Source: Octopus sinensis (taxonomy: Eukaryota). Taken from it: 64,000 nt of DNA. Position 1 is the first letter of the stretch; each line of letters starts with the position of its first letter. A program made the position numbers and the translations under genes. Of the stretch, positions 55,110-64,000 are shown in pieces. The stretch covers positions 25,730,001-25,794,000 of the forward strand of contig NC_043005.1 of the NCBI RefSeq assembly GCF_006345805.1. The letters are read 5' to 3'. Under the pieces are notes generated by a model. It was not told where the DNA came from. It ran no database searches and saw only the letters and a program-made list of their open reading frames with translations.

Positions 55110-55207
55110 ATCAGAGAGAGTATCAAATGCAGCCTCGCAGTCAGACTTGAGAATACCGTATGATGTGTACACGGTACTATACTCATGTCTATCAATAATA
55201 TTGTCGC
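55110..55207 (-). CDS. Calexcitin, penultimate coding exon (EF-hand 3 loop, second half)
   Basis: Acceptor ctctttacag, donor GTAAGT; 98 nt, phase 1 to phase 0; (G)DNIIDRHEYSTVYTSYGILKSDCEAAFDTLSD joins in frame with both neighbouring exons. Confidence 0.95.
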
Positions 55208-55895
55208 CTGTAAAGAGATCAAATGGTTTATGTGAGATCGATGAAAAGATATCTTAGTAAGGAACATGTAGCATTGATGCAAAATCAGATATGTGTACGC
55301 ATCTACATATGAGCAATATAACTGAATATCTTATGAATTTCAAGTTGTAGTCACGTGAAAAGGTTTTCACAAAAGTATGAAATATATGTAAAATATCTTT
55401 CAATGAATACAAGTTCTTTTCAGTGTCGTATATATAGAGAGATGGTGAACGACTGTGGCGAGCGTATATTTTATGTACGATAACGCTCGAATAATGTAAA
55501 CCATGAAAAGGGGGACCTCGCATTATGTAGAATATGAAATTTAATTTTGCAAGTAAAACGTTGACTGAGACATAGAGGTTTCAAAAGGACCCTCTTTCTG
55601 AGAGAGTCCGACATGAGAGGTCGATGACGAAACATCTACGTCATTGGTTAATCTTTCTTACGAACCCATATTCTTAAACATACACATACATAAATACATA
55701 CATACACACACGCACACATATATAAATATATATATGTATGTATTATATATATGCATACACACACATAAACACACACACAAATGTATATATCTAATCAAAA
55801 TAAGCAACAGGATATTAAGTAGTAATATATAAAAATTTCATAATGAGATAAAAATCCAAGGCTGTGAAATATTTCAGAAGATTTATAAATAGAAG

Positions 55896-55943
55896 GTCTT
55901 ACAGCCGTTTCAGCGATATTTTATGTATCCCTTCATCGGAGAC
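55896..55943 (-). ncRNA. Minimal type I hammerhead motif, second copy of the 15871 family
   Basis: Minus strand: gtct-CCGATGA-agggata cataaaa tatcgct-GAAA-cggct-GTA-agac. Flanks are also homologous to 15919-15960. Confidence 0.6.
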
Positions 55944-56563
55944 GGTGTGAGAAAATAGTTAAGCAATAGTTTGGACTTCTCATTCGCATACATGGAGCTT
56001 AACTACAAAGCTTAACTCGAACATGGAGCTTAACTACAAAGCACTTACTCATCATTACCTGACACATTTGGGGTCTTATTGACGCCCTCACCTCTCATAA
56101 CCCCTCTTTCTCACTCTCTTTTTTTTTCACACTCTCTGTTTTTATCTCTGGAAAATTAAGCTTTTTAAAACCAGAAAGGAGAAAGCGAATTCGAAGACCA
56201 CAGATACACTCCATCATTGGAACTGTAAGAATCTGTAAAACTTTCCAGGAGTTTATCATTTAAATATATATGAACATGTCGAGATATGTAACTATATGCA
56301 TGAGGATACATACATAAGGCAAAACATACAAATCTGCATATATACAAGCATGCATACATACATACATACATACATACATACATACACACATACATACATA
56401 CATACATACATACATACATACATACATAAATACATACATACATACATACATACAAAAGTACGCTGTTGTTGTGAATTGCAATGAAGGAGCCTTGAATCTA
56501 GGTTAGAAACCAGCTCTTTCGCTATTAGAAAGAAATCTTGAAATAAAACCGAATGACATACAG

Positions 56564-56594
<31 letters not shown>

Positions 56595-58604
56595 CAACAT
56601 ACATACATACATACGTAATACACATAATACATATAGGCATGCTTGCATGCATGCACACTCATACATACACGCACAGATACAAATAAGTATGTTTGTAAGT
56701 TTTCTGTGTATATGTGTATTTTTGTGTATCTGTGTGTGTGTTTGTGCGTGTGCGTGTGTGTGTGTGAGTGCGTGTCGATGCGTGTCTTTCTCACATATAA
56801 ACAACGGCGAGAAAACAGAAATACGGGCGTTTTAGGAGCGAAGTCTCTTGAGATATTTATGTTTCAATTGAATGAAGCTACTCCCTTGTCACTCGCACTT
56901 TCATAATCGCTGTCGACCAGTGATTGTTTCGTGAGAAACCTGTAACCAATATGGCTATTGATCACCAATTCCAATATAATAAATAAAACTCGATCCATTC
57001 TCCACGAGACACTAGATTTGTACCTTAGGGACGAAACCCTTTTTCACTGATAGTAGTTTACAGCTGCTTGCACATGACCTATGTGAAATATAAATATATA
57101 CTAAGCGAATAGATAGATGCTGCGTCCGCCCTCAAATAACACAACACAGCTCTTACAACGCTCTGAAACTTTTAGATAATAGAAAAGAAGTCGTTTTGTG
57201 TAAGTTATCGATCTGTCCATCCAAACGTTTTCGTATTCATTATCGAAATTAAATCACTAACGACAGAGCAGTCACTTGTAAATTTATTTATTTGAGCAGC
57301 CAATCGTTGCAAAGATGTCGGACTTTAAAGCAAATACTTGAATATATTTTTCTCACAGATTCTTTAAGCCCCTCTCTTCTTTCTTGTTTTATTTTGTTCT
57401 TACTGTTTGTTGCTACCAGCGTCTTGATCTTATTTGATTTTATTTGATTTTGATTTTGTTTTCATATTGTTATCTCCGATAAGAATCTCACTTCTGTGTT
57501 ATTTGTGTATTCCCGGACGGTGTTGCTTTGCATTATTATTATTATTATTATCATATATGTCTGTTCGTACTTGATGGTGAAGAAATGATTTAATTTAATA
57601 ATAAATACAGGACGGAGAACCAAAGAAACAGCAACGACTGCAGCATCATCTCCATCAACGCCAACAAGAGCAACAACACCAACAAAGACAACAACAGTTT
57701 TAAAGGAAAAGGAACAAAAAAAACGCAATGGTGGCGACAGCAACAGCAGAAATAAACAACAACAACAACAACAATATTAAGGTCAACAACATCAAACAAA
57801 TAAAATGAAAACACCAGCAGTGTACAAGCTATCGCCAAGAACCAGTGAAAGGAAATAATAAAAGCAAACGTAGTAAGTCAATGAAGAGGCTTTCATTTGA
57901 AACCTAATTCAGATAGAAATTGTAGATAATTCTCTTTTAAATGTACCCCCCAACCCAACAGAAACTCCAGATTGGAAACCATTTACTAAGACTCAAGTTA
58001 AATAACAGCATAACTGCAATATATTTTATGGATTTCAAATATCTTAAAGAAGTAACACGCTCTCATTGGAATATCATTATTTAGTTCATGCCACAGAAAA
58101 TCTACAATCATTCTTCCACACACTAGTACATTTAAAAATACACACACACACAGACACATACACTTGCGTCAGAAATTAATTAGCACTTCTCAAATTTCTA
58201 CATTAAATAGGTTAAATCAATTAACCTATGAGCTGTTCAAAACGTCTTACGCGATGAGAAAACTTAGTATGGTGTGATTTCGGTCCTTGCGAGGCGCTAC
58301 CTATATCTATTAAACAAAGGAAGATTTGTCTGCATCCGCACTCCAAGTTGTTGTTGCACTGCTATGTCAACATCATAAGGCTGTAGACTCTCAAACTGCT
58401 CTGCAAACAAAGTTACGTCATCGTTCTGCGCAACAGTGAACTCGCAACAAAGCAATAGTTCGAGATATGGCCACTAGGTGACAGCACATACCTTGAGTGA
58501 AGAGCAAATCAAGGGTGCTAATTAATTTCTGACGGTAGTGTATATGTGTATATATATATATATATAAGTATAAATAGAGGTTATATATATATGTACACAT
58601 ATAT

Positions 58605-58675
<71 letters not shown>

Positions 58676-58861
58676 TATATATATTCCAGAGAACTGTCAC
58701 CGATCAAAAGGCTAGTTTGTAAATTACACCCAGCTAACTGAGTGTGTCGATTGTGTGAAAGCAGAAAGAGTTTGAGAGACTGAAAGAAAATAGAGAATAT
58801 AATAGATGTAGAGAGAGAGAGACTGCGATAAGTGAAGGAAAAATATTTGATGTATACCAAC

Positions 58862-58994
58862 CTGAGGTGTCATTGACGTCAAACATAAAGTTCATATATT
58901 TAGTTAACCACTCAGGCAAACTTTCCCCCTTCTCGACGCTCTTCACACATTCGGTCCACATTCGCAGCCACTCGTCTTTCGTCACTTGTTCATC
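58862..58994 (-). CDS. Calexcitin internal exon (end of EF-hand 2 to start of EF-hand 3 loop)
   Basis: Acceptor ctactttccattttttgcag, donor GTTGGT; 133 nt, phase 0 to phase 1; DEQVTKDEWLRMWTECVKSVEKGESLPEWLTKYMNFMFDVNDTS(G), nearly identical to squid calexcitin as recalled. Confidence 0.95.
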
Positions 58995-59244
58995 CTGCAA
59001 AAAATGGAAAGTAGAAAAACAAACGTAAATAGCGTAAACAAGTAAATAAAAGATCAGTTGACACACGAAAAGAATTATATATTAACGTTTTTTTTTTGTA
59101 AGAAATTGGCATTTTGAATATGTCGACAATGAACAGGACAGAAGAGTACGTTTTATTTTGTTTGGTTTGTTTTACTGACATAGTGATTGAAAAGTTGAAA
59201 GCGTTCGTGCGAATTTGACGGCGACTAAAACTTTAGAGCGAGAT

Positions 59245-59465
59245 ATATTCTTTTCTACTCTAGGCACAAGGCCCGACATTTTTTGTGGGAGGGGGCCAGT
59301 CAATTAGATCGACCCCAGTACGCCACTGGTACTTAATTTATCGACCCCGAAAGGATGGAACCAAAGTCGACCTCGACAGAGTTTGGACTCAGAACGTAAA
59401 GAAAGACGAAATACCACAAAGCATTTCACCCGGTGTGCTATCGTTTCTGCCAGCTCGCAGCCTTT
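59245..59465 (-). mobile_element. Family A SINE
   Basis: Same tail type as 7705-7920 (ctactctaggcacaaggcccg). Confidence 0.85.
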
Positions 59466-59999
59466 AGACCGAGATATATTGATGCTTCAATGTGTGCAAT
59501 AAAGAGGGCTCTGCTACGTTTTAATGTAGTCCTTCGGCAGGTAAAGTCTCACTCCGTAGCCTTCACAAAGGTTTCTGTCTTCCAAATACCACTCATAAAA
59601 CTCTGCTATACAGGGTTTTGATTGAAGTTATTAACACGATGGAAAGTTGTATGGCGTCAAAACAAATAACCAATATCTGCGAGCGATACATTATTTACTA
59701 TGAAAGAAATAAATTATAATGGCTTCCACTTTTAGCACAAGGCCAGTAGTTTAAAGGCAGTTGGATTCTGGCTACCGTTGAGCCCAGTACCTGATATTAC
59801 ATTATTGTATCTTGATTATTATATTATTTTATAGTCAAGTTTGATTTCGGCAGGATTGAAACTTACAACGTAAAGATCGGAGCAAATGGCTCACATTTCC
59901 TGACGCTCTAACGTTTCTGTTAGTTCGCAGATAATGGTTCCCAGTTTAAACACAGATATCAATTTTGAGTGGATGAGGAGTCGTCAGTATTCTTTATTC

Positions 60000-60330
60000 T
60001 TTTATTCTCATGTTCTTTTACTTGTTCCAGTCATTCGGTCCCAGGACTTATTCTTTGAAAGCCTAGTACTTATTCTATCGGTACCTTTTGCTGAACATAC
60101 ATACATATACATACAAGAACATACATATACATACATATATATATATACATATACATATATATATACATATATATATATAGAATGGTTGTATACTGTCAAT
60201 CTAACAAGAACGTGACATTAGGGGGTTAGTGACAGTATACAACCCTACTGTCACGTTCTTGTTAGATGACAGTATACAACCATTCTATCGCCCCACCACC
60301 GTACATGTCTCTACGAGAGATTTAGAAATT

Positions 60331-60368
<38 letters not shown>

Positions 60369-60460
60369 GACGAGTTTCTCTCAGTCTCTTTCTACCAAAT
60401 CCACTCACAAGGCTTTCGTCGGCCTGAGGCTGCAGTAAAAGACAACTGCCCAAGGTGCCA
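60000..60460 (-). mobile_element. SINE family B interrupted at its internal microsatellite by a foldback insert
   Basis: Tail at 60000-60095, core at 60365-60460, palindrome between them. Confidence 0.7.
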
Positions 60461-60769
60461 AGGTTATATATCAACATGCATCCATACACGCATACGCGCA
60501 TAATTACATACACGCTTACACATCTCCATATCTATAATTGACTAAGATGGGGTTTGAACAAACACCATGATGCATTGCACCCGATGCTCTGACAACTTTG
60601 CTAATTCGACCTCTGAATACATATTTGCGTGTGTTTCAATGCGAAGGTGTATTTTATTTGCGCATAAGATTATGGCTGTAAATGATTCCATTTGTCAGAA
60701 AATAACCTTTTTTAAAAACCAATTACAATCTATCTATCAATCGACCGATCGATCTATATGTCTCCCTCG

Positions 60770-60803
<34 letters not shown>

Positions 60804-62524
60804 ACACACACACACAAGTGCAAACAAGGGAGTCAGAGAAAGGCAGAATGCCACTTATATCTGAACACTACTATAGAAATATTCCTTTAAAAAAACTTTT
60901 CTTCTAATTTTTCTAAATTTAATTATTTAATAGTTACAGTTGAAAAGGTCTCAAAATGACCGAAACCGGTACTGAAATGTTCACTATAAAATTATTTTAG
61001 CATTTTCTATTTTTGACTTGTTTTTTCATATATATATATATATATATACATAGACATATGCACATACATATGTGAGTGCGTAACTGTGTGTGTACTTACT
61101 AAACTTATACACATGCATGCATACGCGTGTTCCTTCTGAATTCAAAATGAATTATAAAAAGAAATTATTTTTTCCTATTGAAATGCATAATCAAACTTTA
61201 CCTTTCTTGTTTTTTCCAATTTTTTTATAGTAACTTAAACGATATAATGTAATTAATGGGCCCTTAATTATTTTGCACTGAAGAGATTCAATTTAATTGA
61301 GATGGCAGCTCCATATAGGAATATTAAGAAAATTATAGCTGAATCGTGAACACCAAATCGAATTAAATACATATATAACGATTATATAATATACTTCATT
61401 CCATTAAGTTCAAACTTGCTTCACTAACAAAATATAAAATATTAAATTTACTCAGAGCAAGACGATTCTCTCCATTACGATACGAAGAAGAAAACAGCCA
61501 ATAAACGAAACAGAGGTCTATATATATATTATATATAGATATATATATATATATATACATATAGATACATATATGATATATATATTACAATATATATATA
61601 TGCATTTATATCTTATAGATAGAGAGAGGAGAGAGTAATGTCTATATTTATAATCTATCTATCTATCTATCTCTCTATCTAATCTATCTATCTATAATAT
61701 TATATATATATATATATACATTTATATATTAAGATATATATAATATTATATATATATATATATATATACCTATCTATTTCTCTCTCTCTCCTCATATCTA
61801 TTATATATATATATATATATAGATATATATTACGCCAAGGATTACCACACGCCTCGTTTCTTGCACAATTTTCAGCATCAATTCACAACGAAGATTATTT
61901 ATTCCATAGTGTTCTTTTCTTAGACTTCCATTTCAATTTTACAATGATTCATGTTTTCCATATCTTATTTAATGTCTTTCTTTAATCTTGTACAAATTCC
62001 GTCTTACTCTCTCTCATTATAATATCTCTCTACCTACAACCATCTAAATAGATTTAAAAAGAAAGTTATTTTACATTTTTAATCAGTATTATTAAGCAAG
62101 TACATATTAAGCAAATACATATTTTGTCTTGTATTCTGACCCTAATTCAACCATAAATATCGACTTCCTAATATATTGTAAAATATTATTTGATTAGATA
62201 TTTATATGAATTTTTTGCTCATCTTTTACCGTATATTTTTATACTAACATTTGATATTTTTGTGTGCGCCTGTGTTGTTTTTGTTATTGTTGTTGTTGTT
62301 ATTGTTGTTGTTGTTGTTGTTGTTGCTTGTTTTATTTGTTACTATTTTGAAATTATTTGTGGCTTCAGATATTGATTTTATTGTAGAGGTACATGTTTCC
62401 ATCTATTGAAAATTGAAATGTACAGACAAGTACACGCAAGCACATATACAAACATACACATATAAAAATGTATTTGTATGAATGAATACATACATACATA
62501 TCTTTACCTTTTTTTTATCTTTTA

Positions 62525-62724
62525 TCTTTTACTTGTTTCAGTCATTTGACTGCGGCCATGCTGGAGCACCGCCTTTAGTCGAGCAAATCGACCCCAGGAC
62601 TTATTCTTTGTAAGCCCAGTACTTATCTATCGGTCTCTTTTTGCCGAACCGCTAAGTGACGGGGACGAAAACACACCAGCATCGGTTGTCAAGCAATGCT
62701 AGGGGGACAAACACACCCACACAT

Positions 62725-62819
<95 letters not shown>

Positions 62820-62880
62820 TACGACAGACTTCTTTCAGTTTCCGTCTACCAAATTCACTCAGAAGGCTTGGTCGGCCTGG
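62525..62880 (-). mobile_element. SINE family B (5'-truncated)
   Basis: High identity to 13269-13620. Confidence 0.9.
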
Positions 62881-63180
62881 GAAATATATTAATATTTAGC
62901 AGAAGTAACAGAGTAACACCAGGAGTGAGAATTTCGTGCATTCTTACTAAGTGTCAACGCGCTAAAACCTCAGAGCTTGGGTCATTCAGTTGTTTCTGCT
63001 AAACATTGATAAAAACATACATATACTAATTCAATTCAGTCCTATGTTTTCTGTTTGCCCTAACATACTTCTCTTTATTTCTTTCACTCTCTCACACAAA
63101 ATCTCTCAGTCTGTGTGTGTTTATATATATATATATATATAAATATATATATTTATTATATAGAAGGAGCTTCTACAGGA

Positions 63181-63271
63181 CTAGAACTGTTTCATTCAAG
63201 AGAAATCTTCAGGAAGCACCTGAATATATATATTTATTTATTTATTTGTGTGTGTACGTGTGTGTGTGTGC

Positions 63272-63302
<31 letters not shown>

Positions 63303-63650
63303 AAGAAACATATCTAAACCGATGGATACCCCTAAACCAGCTACTAAGTATCCCACTCGTGAGGGATCGGTGCTAAATTGGTCGAAACAATAGCAGTGAT
63401 TAATAAACATTCTCCCTAGAACTGTTTCATTCAAGAGAAAATCTTCAGGAAGCACCTGAATATATATATTTATTTATTTCTTGTGTGTGTACGTGTGTGT
63501 GTGTGCGTATGTGTGTGTGTGTGTGGTGTGTTGTGTGATGAAGAAACATATTAAACCGATGGATACCCCTAAACCAGTACTAAGTATCCCACTCGTGAGG
63601 GATCGGTGCTAAATTGGTCGAAACAATAGCAGTGATTAATAAACATTCTC
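63181..63650. repeat. Approximately 235-bp direct tandem duplication
   Basis: Copy 1 at 63181-63415, copy 2 at 63416 to about 63650; differences are mostly small indels. Confidence 0.9.
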
Positions 63651-63661
63651 CTAACTTCTGT

Positions 63662-63711
<50 letters not shown>

Positions 63712-64000
63712 ATCAAATATATGGAATAATACTTGCCTCCCAAACCCTCTTTCAGGGGCCGAAGGGATGATAGTGAAGAGGAAGGGAAAACTGTAGTGAA
63801 GAAGTGACTCAACGAACAGTCAACAGAATTTTACGGGGCAGGGATACATGCTCTCATTCGAAGTGAGGAACATTGCTATTAAGAGAAACGGTAACTATGT
63901 TGAACAGTAGGGATGTGATTCACAGAGGACCAGCTTCATTTTGATGTATGATACATGTTCCTTCGTTGGTAATGATAACAGTCCTAAACAAAATGGCATT

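Noticed and set aside
58995-64000. Search for upstream calexcitin exons (EF-hands 1-2)
   Set aside because: No matching peptide found by eye; they presumably lie beyond the window.

Overview
AT-rich, microsatellite- and SINE-dense animal genomic DNA, almost certainly from an Octopus species (inferred from the repeat families and a near-squid-identical calexcitin). Only one host gene is supported: the last three coding exons of calexcitin on the minus strand (58994-58862, 55207-55110, 44596-44483), with canonical splice sites and consistent phases; its 5' exons lie beyond the window end. The dominant mobile feature is a full-length, uninterrupted 1301-aa R4/Dong-type non-LTR retrotransposon (RT plus CCHC plus restriction-like endonuclease, 19810-23715) ending in an (AAT)n tail; a second, 5'-truncated relative sits inside a (TAA)n array. 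The rest is decayed RTE-type LINEs, a Penelope GIY-YIG fragment, several hammerhead-ribozyme-like motifs, many tRNA-derived SINEs (including head-less concatemers), small MITE, Helitron-like and foldback elements, and simple repeats. All family assignments come from motif recognition by eye; no database search was run, and repeat boundaries are approximate.
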